From: Chrysomallon squamiferum
Lineage: Eukaryota; Animalia; Mollusca
Length of the DNA stretch: 64,000 bases
Assembly (NCBI GenBank): GCA_012295275.1
Contig: CM022672.1
Coordinates: forward strand, 21,328,001 to 21,392,000
Direction: 5' to 3'
How positions within the stretch are numbered: position 1 is the first letter of the stretch; each line of letters begins with the position of its first letter. Shown here piece by piece: positions 1 to 14,191 of the stretch. Position numbers and translations under genes: made by a program. The notes beneath the pieces are model-generated. The model was not told the DNA's origin and ran no database searches. It saw nothing but the letters and a program-made list of their open reading frames with translations.

Positions 1-92
1 TTAGTTAAAGTTTGCTATTTCTGAAATTTTATTTTATTATTTACTTGCTTACTTATATATTTTTTATTATAAGAGTATAAACAACCAAAAAC

Positions 93-125
<33 letters not shown>

Positions 126-870
126 CGTTTAACAAAATTTAATAGTAATAATAATAATAACATTAAAAACTACTTTAATACTATTGATAATAATAATATT
201 ATTAACTCTTAATGGTCAAAATAAACTTACTAACATATGATTTATTATCTTTTATCTTTTATCTGGGTGTTAATAAATATTTGTATTAACAGAATTATTT
301 TAATAATAAATTTCGGATAAGCTAGAACGTAGATATCAATATTAACTCTGTGCGTGCGTGCGTGCGTGTGAATTTATATCTGTATATATACAAACATAAC
401 ATATACATGCAGATATAAGTAATTCTGTAATCAGATATTACAGAATATTTAGTTTAGTTATTATTCATTATATTTTAATATTATATAAATTGTAGGAATC
501 AGTTAATATCTTAAATATTTTTTCTTTATTGATAGTGATAGAAAGTTATTTAAAAAAAAAAAAAAAATTATTTATAAATGTATTATTATTAACTGATCGA
601 TAGATAGAGAGACAGATACAAAACATGCGCGCACATATGTGTTATCTTTTAATGTCTAGTTTTTCTTTTCGTTTTCTGTTTTGATGAGTGTTATTGTTTG
701 GGGAGTTTTTTTGTGTGTTTTTTTTTTTTTTTTTTGCTTGTTTTCTTTTATTTGTATTTTCTTTTCTTTTTTTCAACATTTTTTTTTTTTTAATTTTTTT
801 TTTTGTTTCTTAATATAACTTGGAGAAAACATTCACTGGATAGTTCTATGCAAAATAACAGCGACAAATG

Positions 871-893
871 ATTATTATTATTATTATTATTAT

Positions 894-981
<88 letters not shown>

Positions 982-1016
982 GCTACTACTACTACTACTA
1001 CTACTACTAGTACTAT
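871..1016. repeat. Compound (ATT)n(ACT)n microsatellite
   Basis: Directly visible. Confidence 0.95.
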
Positions 1017-1226
1017 TTAATTAATTAATTAATAAATTCAGATATGCAAAAAAAATATCTTAAAAATGTAACATGCTATTAATGTATTAAAATGACAAAT
1101 GTATATATTATATTTTACTACTACTACTACTACTAACCACTACAACTGGGTACTATTATCATCGTCATGGTTCTATTACTATCATTAATACTATTACTAC
1201 TACATTACAACAGCCACCTCCTTGCT

Positions 1227-1272
<46 letters not shown>

Positions 1273-1933
1273 TTACTAATACCACAACTTGCACTATTTC
1301 TATTATTCTATGATTCATCATCATCACTATTATTCTCTGATTATAAGTTAATACCTAAATCGTTAGATTAGAAAACATCTGCTACCTATGTGTCACTCAG
1401 TCAAATGAATGTAAAGTAGCTGACGTTTAAATTCCTCTGATATTTTCGTTTCTCTCAAATATGTTCAAAACTACAGAGAAAAATTTAACTGTCGTTTTAT
1501 TTTATACTGTTTAATATTATTTTATTTTATTTTTTTTATTATTTTTTTATTTTAAATTTTATTTTTTTTTTTTTTTTTATTTTTTTTTTTAATTACTAAA
1601 TTAAATTTGTTTTTATTTTTACAACATTCTGATTTAATTTCAGCTTAGTTTAGTTATTACTAATATTTTTCTACAATAATTAAAAAGTTTTCAAATGAAA
1701 TACAGAGAAGAAGATGAAAGACAATAGGAAATATTATTATCATTAATAATTATAATAAAAGCAACAATAACAAAAATAATAATGAAAAAGAATGGTGATT
1801 ATAATACTACTTCTACTTCCCTCACTGTTGGTGAAAATACCAATACTGTTGTTACCAGTATCATTGTTGTTCGTGCTGGCGCTAATAATTATCATTAAGA
1901 TTAATAATAATAACAATAATAATAATAATTATA

Positions 1934-1965
<32 letters not shown>

Positions 1966-2603
1966 TACTGTGGTTGTTGTAGTTGTTGTTGTTGTTGTTA
2001 TAACAATAACAATAACAGTACCAATAACATAATAATAATAATGCTTATGATTAAATAATTTAATAGAAATAGTAATAGTTATCATGATAGTTTTGATGCT
2101 TTACTGATATTTATCATCATCGTTATAATCATCTTCACCATCATCTTTATTATCATCATCATCATCAACATCGTCATTATTATTATTACAGGTCTGGTTT
2201 TCGTTGTCATCGTTGTAGTTATCATCATTATTACTGTTGTTGTTGTTGTTGTTTCCTGTTTGTTGCTACTGCTGTTGACGTTACATAAGCAATAGTTTCT
2301 TTTAAAAGCAGTAGATTATCATATAAATTAGAAACGGGAAACATCTACATCACGATAAAAATTATTATTCACATATTTTTTTTTTTTTTTTTTTCCTATC
2401 GTTAAACAGTACTGCCCACATTCATTTTCTGCAATAATACAAAACCCAGTAGAATAAACCATTAAACCTGCTCGACACCTGTTATTATTTAATAATATTA
2501 AACAATAATTGAAACAGTTTACTGAAATAGGCAGGCCAAAGGGTCTTTGTGCACTTGCAAACGTGTTTTCAATATAAACGAAATAAAATAAAATTATACA
2601 AAC

Positions 2604-3006
2604 CTGGTAGATGATAACTCAGACCTTGTCTTGCAAACAGCCAAGGATGAAGTTGCGTTGTCTCAGAAGGTCTGTTGAAGAGAAAAGGATTTACAGGTGC
2701 GGGCGCTAATAAGGAGCACTGTCCTTGTCCTGAGACTGACCCAGGGGCCATGGACGACGGGTACACACCCCAGGGCTGGGTGAATACTTGCGAACTTATG
2801 GCCAGGTCCTGATAGAGTCTGTTCAGCTGGGGTAAAAATTCTTGATGGGGTAAGGGCACCCGATTTTCAATATCCCTGTTTCCAAACGAAAGTCGTCTGG
2901 GGGTATCGTCATTTTGGAAATGTGATGATTTCCCTCTTTCAGTTCCAATGATTGATTCAATGGTAAACGAAGACGGTCGCTTTGCTGTTGAAATTACAGG
3001 CTTCAT
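2604..3006 (-). CDS. Emx: Emx/empty spiracles homeobox gene, coding exon 1 (homeobox exons not found in the window, presumably left of position 1)
   Basis: ATG at 3006. N-terminus AKRPSSFTIESII is an EH1 motif as in Emx2 (PKRCFTIESLV). LHPWLFAR matches the Emx YPWL motif. The exon ends ...YHLPG at CCAG|GTTTGT (donor 2603-2602), 403 nt, phase 1, matching the position and phase of Emx intron 1. The homeodomain itself is not visible. Confidence 0.85.
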
Positions 3007-3201
3007 TTTTGTCAGTGTGTTAATGACTTTTTGTTTGTTTCTGTTTGTCTCATTTCAGTGTGTGAGTATCCATTTTGTCAAAACAGAGCAAGCAAATAAA
3101 TAAACTTTTCTCCCATCTGTAAAAGCGTTCACCTCCAGCTAAACTGTAATTTACCTCAAAAATATTGTTTATTTTTATGATAATATTAACTCTACAAATA
3201 A

Positions 3202-3437
3202 TGATTGACATATAAAGCAAAACATTCAAAAATACAGTTACGACGAAGGTGTTTTTAATTACCTCTTTTCTATGCAATCGTAACGAGTCATATACCTGTT
3301 TTCATCGTCTGTGTCAATCAACACTTTGTGGCGTTTTCATTGGTTCGTTAAATACGTAAACAGATAGATGGCCACGCGCGACCTGTAAGTGGGCTGTACC
3401 TAGCAAACTGTCGTTGTCAGTTTCGTTTGATTGGCAG
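3202..3437 (-). promoter_or_regulatory. Putative Emx proximal promoter/5'UTR with CCAAT boxes and Pbx-Meis/Prep sites
   Basis: ATTGG (CCAAT on -) at 3339-3343 and 3430-3434. TGATTGACA at 3202-3210 (+) and 3312-3320 (-). TGATTGGCAG at 3428-3437. Locally GC-richer DNA 200-430 bp upstream of the ATG. Confidence 0.45.
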
Positions 3438-4252
3438 CATATAATTATTCCGAACGGAAGGTGCGTTTAATTTTCCTCGCTTGTAATTTCTGCATAATCC
3501 ACCAACAATCATTTTTTTTTTCTTTCTTTTTCTTTCCGTTAATCCATTTACTGTGATTATATAATTAAATAACATAATACTAACAATTTAAAACTACTTT
3601 AATTAACTCAGAAAATAAGTGTTCATAATTCATTTATAGAGTAGTATTCATTATATATTTATAAAGCCATTTATTTTTGTTTCAAAATTTGTATTATTTT
3701 TTATTTATTTATTTTCTTTTTATTGAAAAATCATTCCTTTTTTTTTTTTTTTTTCTTAGTGAGAGAAAGAAAAAAAGGAGTGTCATGCAAAATGAGAGAG
3801 AGAGAGATAGATTTATTAATAAACGAAAAAAAATGAATTAGTTCAATTCAATTTCACTAATTAAAAAAAATAATAATTTAGTTCAGTGAAATTGTATTAT
3901 TAAAGTATGGAAACAAACGTTTTTACAATTATGTAACCTAACATAATTTTAAATTTATGATTATTATTATTTTCAATTATTTACTTATTATATTTTTTTT
4001 TACTTTTTAAATTATTATTATTATTATCATTATTAGTATTATTAGTATTAGTTTTAGTATTAGTAGTATTACTGTTTTTATTGTTGTTGTTGTTATAATT
4101 ATGATTTATCACTGACGCTTTCACTGTGATTATTATTGTTATTATTGTTGTTGTTTGTCTGTAACTGTCAATGCCGTCGCTGTTTATATTATTGCCATAA
4201 AGAGAGAAGAACTTACATACTGGAGTGTACGTTTTATTGCAGTCATTAATAT

Positions 4253-4327
<75 letters not shown>

Positions 4328-4455
4328 TAATAATAATACTGTTGTTATTTTCTTGTTGGACGTGTAGTTCTTTCTTCTGTTTAGTATAACTGTTGTTATC
4401 GCTGTTATCATCATCATCATTATTATTACATTCAAACATTTTATTATTATTATTA

Positions 4456-4514
<59 letters not shown>

Positions 4515-5526
4515 GTTGCCAGAAAGGATCGCTATCAAAGCAGGTGCACCGTAACCACAGGGGCAACATCGTAACCAATAATTCAACACCCATTTTTTAT
4601 TTACAGCCTCAGATCACACCATCGAGCGATCACGTCTTAATAGCAAAAATTAAGACTCGAAAAAAATGTTTTTCTAATATTTATATGAAATGGATATATC
4701 ACTTACAAAAATGCCTTCTACTTATACGATTCTTGCTCCACGTCATTCTGATCGCTCCGTGTTCGAAATCTCACAACTCGGAAAAAAAAAAAACTGACGA
4801 ACCCGTCCGAGTGTGATTCGTGTTAAAACGTTAACACTGGAACCGCTAAGACGTTGACACTTGATTCGTTAGTATTAAATTGCTCGCGATTGTTTCTGTG
4901 AATGCGGTGTCTGGTGACATTCATATTTAATAAATTTCCATATTCGCTTCCGTGTAAGTAGAAATAATGCATGGAATAAAAATAATGTATTAAGTGCTAC
5001 TTAAGCAAATTGTTTCTATTTGTTCGTGCCGGGCAAACGAAATAAACCCGTTAATTTTGGTTTTGTCGCTGGTGAGATTTTGTCGCTCCGATTTTCGACG
5101 CCACAAACCTGTACCCGTTACATTTTGGTTAATATTTTAATATTTCCTGGCCCGGCGGTAATATTCGAGCGCCTAATTAATGGAAATACTAAAAATGGTA
5201 ATTTAATATTATTTTTATTTCTTTTACTCTCTCATGGCGAATTTATGAACAGAAAGTTTATTATGTGTTGCAATATATTTTATGTATGATAACAATAATA
5301 ATAATAATAACATCATTATTATGATGATGATGATGATGAAGACGAATGAAGATAATAATAAGAATATTGATATTAATATTAGAAGAACAGTTTAATAGCA
5401 ATATTTAAGCACAATATTAGACTATAAAATTAATACAAAATTTTTTTTTGTTTTTTTTTAAAAAACCCAACAATAACAAATATACGAATAACAATAAAAA
5501 ATAACAACAACAATAACAACAACAGC

Positions 5527-5557
<31 letters not shown>

Positions 5558-6695
5558 TTAATAATAATAATAATAATAAGGACAAACCTTTTTTTTTTTT
5601 TTTTTTTTTTAGACTGCGAAACTACATGAATTAGAAAATGCAAGTTTCATTCATTTAAACAATCCATTTATCCATCTATTCACAATTAAGAAAAAATCTG
5701 AGGACAACTAATTCTTTTTTTCCGGTATTTTTTTTTTTATATATATTTTTTTTTAATTGTTTTTTTTGTTGTTTTTTTTGTTTTTTTTTATTTATCTACA
5801 TATTTTATTTTATATAATAAATTCCTATTATATATTTTTACTTTTTGTTTTTTATTTTTTGTTGCTGTTGTTATTATTATTATTTATATTTATTTTTATT
5901 AGATATTTATTTGATTAACTGCTTACATGGCTATATATAGTTTAATTTATAATGAATAGGCATTTTTCATTTTTAGAGGAATTATTTTAATTGTTGTTTG
6001 TATTTTGTTATGTTTTGTTGTTGTTATTGTTTTGTTGGGGTTTTTTTGTCGTTTTTCTTGTGTGTTTTTTTTAATTATAATTTTTATTTTATTTTATTTT
6101 ATTTTTTATTTTTATTTTTATTTTTTGATGTTGTTGTTGTTGCTGCTGCTGCTGGTAGTGGTGGTGGTGTTGTTTTGTTATTTTTTTTGTTTCTTATGAT
6201 AGTTTCGATTCTTTTTCCTTCATTCACTCACATAACAAAGGCTCTATCTGAAGCCAAACCTACAGGACACAAATAATTACAGTCTACGAAAACTTATCAA
6301 TTAGAAACTGAAAACGAACACCTGCCATTTAATTGGTCACCGTGACAAAATATTTATTGCTTAATTCTAGACTCGGGTGTGACAGCCAGAACAAGAAAAT
6401 ATGATTAATCACTCCAGCAAACAAATGTTGTGTCGCTTTGAAATTATAATCTCGTTAAAAAGTTTAGATGGGGCTTATTATGTCAGTGCTCTATATTATT
6501 ATCATTATTATGAGTAGTAGTAGTAGTTGTTGTAGTAGTAGTAGTTGTAGTAGTAGTAGTAGGAGGACGAGGAGGAAGCGAAGTAGGAGTAGTAGTCGTT
6601 GTAATAGTAGTGGTAGTGGTGATGGAAGTAGTATTGGTAGAAGTAAAAATAATATTAATAGCACTAACAGTATTATCGATGTTGTTGTGATTAAT

Positions 6696-6734
<39 letters not shown>

Positions 6735-7461
6735 TTTTCGTTGTTACATGAAGTAGAAGATACCCGCATCAAAGCAACTTAAATACATTTTAAATAATAA
6801 TAATAATAATACATACATATATACATACGTACATACATACATACATACATACATACATACTGTTTTATACATACATATACAAATAATTAATAATTTGTAA
6901 TAATGTATTTTAAAACATTGAAATTACAATAATTATGTAACCTGTCAGTTCTAAATCGTACACAAGTGAGAGTTTATATATATTATTTTCTTTATGTTTC
7001 TGGACGAATAATCTTATGTGCTTTTATATAAATTTTAATGACTGCATTCATAATATTTGTCTAAATAAGACAATTGTCTATCACTCTATTTGTATGTATA
7101 CTACATATAAATCGGAAACAGAGAATTCATTATATTCATTTTTATTACATATACAAGTATATTATTAAGCCGTCCAGAATTTTTTCTTATTTGAAACATT
7201 TATTTATCAACTGTTTAATTTGAAATTCGTCGAATGTTTTTGAGACGTTCTAACTAGAATGAGACTGGAGAGATATGTCACAAAATGCTTAACATTAGTT
7301 GATTTAAAATGATAAGATTTGAATTATTCTTACAGCTTTTGTTACAAAAGTATAATAATAAAAAAAAAACTAAGAACAAGAATAAGAACAAAAAGAACAA
7401 AAAAAAAAAGAAAAAAAGAAGTAAGAAAAGTAGAAGAACAAGAATAAGAAAGAAGCAAAAA

Positions 7462-7532
<71 letters not shown>

Positions 7533-10500
7533 GCAAAAATTAAAACAAACTCACGTTATGTTACTTCAGGCAGTAGGTGACATATTTCACTGAAGTAACG
7601 ACATTTTTAAAGAAATGTTTTCTATTAAAAAAACAAAATGTTAGTTTCTATTACATTATTATGTTACACTTCTTTCAGTGTTAAAGTTTCTCTCTGCCGC
7701 AGAAATATTAAAGCGAAGTCTGATCATATGGCTACGACCGTCTACATTTGCTAGCGAAATTTTAAACTTTTCTGGCAAACAATGTTTCTTATTATTACTT
7801 CTTTTTTTTTTTTTAAAGAGAAAAAAAAAAGCAACAATATAAAAACAAGAAATGACAAACAAAAGAGAAAACAAAAAAAAATTAAAAAGAAAGGAAACAG
7901 AAAGAAAATAAAGACATAGAGCACCAGTCATTTTCCATTATCACAAAAAATTGTCTAGAAGTGAAAAGACCACCCACAACAATGGAAACTCTGTCATACG
8001 TCCGAAGGTTCCGCAATACCTACTGTTAAACCTTAGAATGTGTCCCTCAAGCGATACACGTCCCGTTAACCTTGCAACTATTTCCCACTCTGAGAAATAT
8101 GCCCAGCATTCGCCATCGCATATTGCGTGATGGACGGGTCTGACGATATTTGCAAAAAATTCAGAAAATAACTAAGTAAGTAAGAGTGAATTTTGAGGTC
8201 GATCCGTGGAGCGCAGATAAGCTTAATGTTTGATTTACTTCAGTGTATCCGAGTGGATTCCGGTTATAAAATAGTCACCTCTTGTCAGTCTGTTTAAGAC
8301 TTTCAAACGAAATGTAAAAAGTTATTTTTTACTGTTAAACAAATTACGTTAGAAATGTTTCTGATATATTATTACGATAGTATCTCGGCAGAGACGGTCT
8401 TTGTTTATTCTTTTCGTATTCGCTTCATTTTCAGTATCTCCGACCATCAGTAACGAAAAACCGTCGAGAGACGAGAATAATTATGAGATTTTCAGTGAAT
8501 GTTTTAAGACATTCAGCATCATTTTGTGAATCACGACTTAACAGATCTAAAATACCTGTAAAGTTCGTCGACCCAATACATGTTCAAGCAGACCCACAAT
8601 GTCCATGCCACACATTCAAGAACGTGAGATGTGTGTTCGAAAATAGAGTCGTATTGGAAGATTTAGTTACCGACAAAGTACAGCAATAGTCAAATACTCG
8701 GGCTGAACGTAAATGTGATTCTTATATGCAGCAAAGATGTACATCTGATGCACAGATTATATGCAACCTTTTATCTAATTAATTGATTAATTAATTTAAA
8801 AAAAAGAACACTGTATTTTACAGTTAAATTTTAAAGATAAATAAAAGAAAAGAAATATTATTAGAATGGATGCAGACTGGGTTACTAAAATAATATGAAA
8901 TAATATCTATCGTTATATTCTTAATATTTGTCAAAACAGGTTTAGCAGCAATAAGATATATATAACGTCTATTTTAAAAATGTTAGAAGACAACACCCAT
9001 GTAGTGTTTAAGGTATTCTCTTTTTTGTATACTCGTACGTTTTTGTTTTATTTTTTCCTAACGAGCTAAAGGTTGTTAATAATAAAGTTTGATGAGAAGA
9101 GTAATTAGCTAAGACGAATGGAAACTGACCTTTCATTTGGTATAATAGAGAAAGTAAAAATGTATATATATTTGATTAAATAATAGTAAATTTGCTGTTT
9201 TTTTCAGTCTACCATAGAGTTTCCGACATTTACATCTATTAAATGAAGTCGAGATAAAAGTGAAAATATCGTGATTCATGCATCTTCTTAGTTTGCTATT
9301 ATTATTATTATTATTATTAACAACAACAAAAATGGTCATAAGCAACACGCAATTAATTTCAGATATACAAAATGTGGTTACTCTGTTTTAAAGTACACCT
9401 GAAGACAGATATTTGGCCATGCACTACACGTTCAGTAATTAATTCACGAAGTCGAGTACGGATATAAGCTACAAACAAATTACGCAAATATGGCGGACTA
9501 CGTCAAGGAGCTGGGGACATTGTTCTGTTGTTTTGAAGCTTGTTTAAATACAAGAGCCACGCCATTCTGTTATTACGGGTCCCACCCAGTGACAGATCAC
9601 AATTTCAAGCACAATAAAAGCTATCCAATTTCTTGTTAACTTTGGAATTTTGCAAATCCTCGACAGCTGTTTAGTCGTTACAGTTTAATAGATCTTTAAC
9701 ACCTTTTCATTGCTCATAGATTTAGCACATTTTTCTGAAAACGAAAGATCCAATTTATATTTTCTCTGTTCCTCATTTAATAAGATGTTTGGACACTGGT
9801 TTGGGGTTGAACTTTGACTCTAGAACATGACAGTGAATATCTTAACTGGAGCTAGGGCATCTTCTTATCCTACTCGAGAGTTCATTAAAAAAAAGAAGAA
9901 GTTTTCAACCTGTTTTGACAGGTGGTTCGTTTGCTACTTTTCTTAGCAAGTTTACGATGGTCTAATTTCCATATAAAACGTCCTTCTTTGTTGTCATTGT
10001 TACGTGAACACACAGACGATGTTGATTTGTAATTACAAATATTATGCAGCCTAAGTATGTACGGGGAATAACACAGGCTCGGAGTCAGCGTAAATCGACA
10101 AGAAACAAACAGATTACGGAGCAGACTCTGTGAATTTTAGGCTTAAAGCTGAGTGGAGCTTTGTTTCTGGGGTGGGGTAGTGCGTTGTAAGAATTTACTT
10201 TGACACCGAATAATCACAAAGCCAGTATTGGTTTGAGGAGTGAAAGTGTCTTGTACAAATCCATTTAGAATAAAACGAACTATACTGAAAGCGAATGTTA
10301 CCAAATAAATGATGAATCAGGGTGTGGTAGAAGTTGTAATGAATTAAAAGAATTTCGCTGACAGCCAAGAACCACAAGAACAAGTTAAGTGTCAGAATAG
10401 AACTAAAAAATGTTAAGTAGTGAGGAATTAGATTCACTGTGGCTGTCTAAGTTTGATCAACAAACGTGAACGCGAAGGAAGCACGCGAGTCAAGTAGAAC

Positions 10501-10612
10501 AGTGTAAAGTGAAAAGAGAACAGAAGAAACACTGAAGTACACAACAGAGAGTAAAAGAAGATAATCATTTTTATAAAAGTTGGGTTATTTTCCTTAAATT
10601 TAAATGCCAAAG

Positions 10613-10733
<121 letters not shown>

Positions 10734-13700
10734 AGATTTAAAACTTAGAAGTAATAACAGTTATAATAATATTTAGGAAACAAAAAAGATGAGACAGACG
10801 TGACGTATTATTAACAACAGTAATAACAGGAACAGTAATAATAATAATAACAGCAACAACAACAATTGCAAAAATAATATACTGTTGTATCGCTTTATAT
10901 AAAATATATGAATATATGAAATGGAAATAATATTAGCACTTACCTTTCTTGTGACAAATACTAAATTAATAAATCTGTTAAAACTATGGTGTTTTTGTAA
11001 TTAATTTAGTGCTTGTTCGCAGTGATACAGAAGTGAAAGGGTTTTAATAATATCTGTAAAGTTTGTAACTGATTTTTTTTCTTGCACTGACCTACTGATT
11101 ATTTATTAAGAAGAACTGTTACATTATTTTTACAAATGTATATATGCGTGTGGATGTGTGTAATGTTTTTGTGAAAATGAAATAATTTATTTGATATTTG
11201 TTTGTTATATATTTCTCACACGTCATACTGGCAGTTTTGCTTAACGAGTGTATTTTAATTATTGACACAAATATTTCTTCTCAGTATATTTACTAATTAT
11301 TCAACGTTGATTTTAATTTGCGCGCCATTATTTAAATTTGAAGTGTTTTTCAAAGACATTATTCTTCTCTTTCTTTCCGTTTCATCATCACTTCATCTGA
11401 AAAGATCTACATCGGTTTGTTTGCTTTTGTTGTTTAATAAAAAAATGAGAACATTAAAAAGTGCTCTTTGGACGTGAGGGCCAATTATAACACCGTTATT
11501 GTGAATAAAAACACTTGCGACTCACAAAGAAAGATACTGTAATTTGTAATTTGCCCGTGGGTCGTATCACACTATTAACAAGGCGATTTTCGAGGTGTAT
11601 ACCAGACTGCGTTTAATTGGCTTTACAAACTCTTCATACGGTTCCCGCAAGGGCCAAATAGTCATGCTACATGCACCTCTATTAGTTTTACATTCAGATG
11701 AAGAGCTTGTTGTGGAAACTATGTCTGCTTGACGCGATAAGGCCTGGACCCCCAAACGCGAAGATCAGATGACACGGGAAAGAAATGGCCAAGAGAAAGC
11801 CAATAAACCAGATTAGCATCTTGTAAGTCCTGATGCTGCTAATTAAGACCAATAATGATCCGACACTTAGACAAATTGAAATAATTGTCCTCGACGTATC
11901 AAAGAGCCGACGTCCCAAAGGGGAAATCGACATTACAGATTTGATTGGTCTGAGCCTGAGTTCAAGCCTCGACCTCGCCTCCAGGCTGGCGCGAAATTGC
12001 ACGTTCCGTGGAAATGGCTCCAAAACGCTCCCCTTGCACGCTTCGCCGTCATTACGCTGTGATTGTTGCCCCTTTGGATCAGACGCCTGCAGACGGCTGG
12101 AGGTCGAGATAACCGAGATAAATCGGCAATAAACACATCAGGAACAATGTCTCACTTCAAAGCTCGCTTAATTGTTTTAAATTGGACAAATTAGGTAGCG
12201 AAATTTCGTCTACATGCAACACCTATTACAGCACTGTCACTTTAATTCCAGGTTTCCATGACGTTTGCTCGAAGCCTTTATTATTTCGCGGCCAAATTAG
12301 CCGTCAGATTAAATTGGTAGGTTTATTCAAAAAGCTGGTTGATCTATTTTCCTCGACGCTTTCGAGGAATTAGTAGCTTGATGCGTGTAACCAGATACCT
12401 GCAAAATTGTGATTGATAGTTCCCTAATTGTTTTTCATTGCAGGGTTGTGTTTTTCAGTTTATTAACACAACGCAGTTACTGCCTGTTTAAAGCCTTCTA
12501 AAAACAAAATTAGTCTCAGGTCAAGGAAACATGGACAGACGAAATAATGGTATATAAGAGGGCAAAGTGTCAATATTTTTCATTACTTAGAGAAATTAGT
12601 TTCTAATAAACTCATAAGATATGAAATGAAGTGGTAGTATTTGTGTGGGTTTTCATTTTAATTTCTGTTCAGTTCAGTTTTCCTTATTTCGTTTATTTCG
12701 TTTATTTCGTCACGAAATACAAAACGAGTTTTGGAAAAGATAGTAATTTTAGCTATCCCAGTTTCCAATCCGATAATCCAAAAATAATTATTATAAAAAC
12801 GTATTGTAGAAAATTAGTACGAATTTTTATTTCTATTGTATGTGTACATAGAACGGTTTAAGTATAAGGGTGTGGGTGGGAGTTCATCTCCACCCCTCCA
12901 ATGTTTACCTGAAAGTATTGTACATATGTAGGTAAGCTGCTGTTGTAGTCACAAATCGAAATTGTTTATGTGTTCTGTGTCTCTCCTCACCCACCCACAA
13001 CACAAAAACCTTTATAATTTATGATTATTTTTTCTTTAATTACCGGTCTATTATATATTTATATTATATTTTCATTAATAATTTGTGACTGTTTTTGATT
13101 ATCTATTTTATATTTATATCATACTTCGATTAACTGTGACTTCAGACAGTGAGAAAGAAGTTTCTTTTCATTCCGAGACTCATTGCTTTGAAAACCGTTC
13201 TGATAGATTTTCATTCCTGTTAATAGTGTTTACGTGATATTAGCCGTACTGGCTAGTAAAACAAGTACAGTTTAAAAGCTTGTCTATGATACATTATATA
13301 AAAATATTGATATGGACATAATATTTAGTATATTTTCTAATTATATCAAAATGCTTTTAATTATTATTTTTAAATAAATGAGATATTCATCTGATTAACA
13401 GTAACATAACTGAAATGCTAATGAAGTAATGTGAAGAATCATTCTACTGTTATGCGGGTAAAATTCTCTGTTCTGATTTTAGAGATTAAGAAGTCCGCTG
13501 AACTGTTTACGCTTTCTGTCTAAGGAAGCAAGTTTGTATCTATGATCGTTCGTTTTACGAAAACTTTCGTTACGTCACGGAAAAAGCAATAAATATACAT
13601 GATTGCTTGAGATTGCCAGATAACTACATCAACGCTGTCTATCAAGAGTTATAATATAGCTGAGCTGTAAGTATAACTGACTTGAGTAATGACTGACATA

Positions 13701-14143
13701 TGAGCTGTAATGCAACTGAGCTGTGGTTTTTCTGAATTTTTGTTATTACCGAGCTGTTATTATTACCCTGTGCGCAACTGATCTGTATCTGCCTTTATTA
13801 TTGAACTCTGGCATTACTAACCCACGATATAACTCTGAACTACGCTACAGTGGGGTATTCTGACTGATTTACGTATAACAGACATAATTACATCAAAGAA
13901 AGAAACAACAGTTTCTGTATTCAAATCGGTACTACATAAACGATTTAGAACAGGCTTTTTATACGATCGTAATCCAGAATTTAAAAAAAAAATCTGAAGA
14001 TATTAGATTAAAAGGAGACAACACGTTAGATGATGTCAGATTACTCTGCAGAGATTCATGTTAACACTGGACACGTCTTTCACCTGTTTTGTTTATCAGT
14101 CTGAGAGGCGAGTTATACCAAAACCGTTCATAAGTGGGTCGTT

Positions 14144-14191
14144 GGCAGCCAAGACAGATAACTCGGCAGCCAAGACAGATAACTCGGCAGC
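14144..14191. repeat. 21-bp perfect tandem duplication (2.3 copies)
   Basis: GGCAGCCAAGACAGATAACTC at 14144-14164 and 14165-14185, then GGCAGC. Confidence 0.95.

Noticed and set aside
2569-2603. C-terminal LYNFILFRLY of the 145-aa ORF as a real protein end
   Set aside because: It is intron read-through past the phase-1 donor at 2603.
1792-7536. ORFs with poly-N/I/Y/T/S/V/L tracts (e.g. 1792..2058, 3981..4589, 4184..4459, 6468..6782, 7309..7497)
   Set aside because: They are translations of (AAT)n/(ACT)n/(GTT)n microsatellites with no coding signal.
11567-12373. Overlapping ORFs on both strands as protein-coding genes
   Set aside because: No recognisable motifs, several non-ATG starts and no phase-linked exons; they are explained by locally higher GC.
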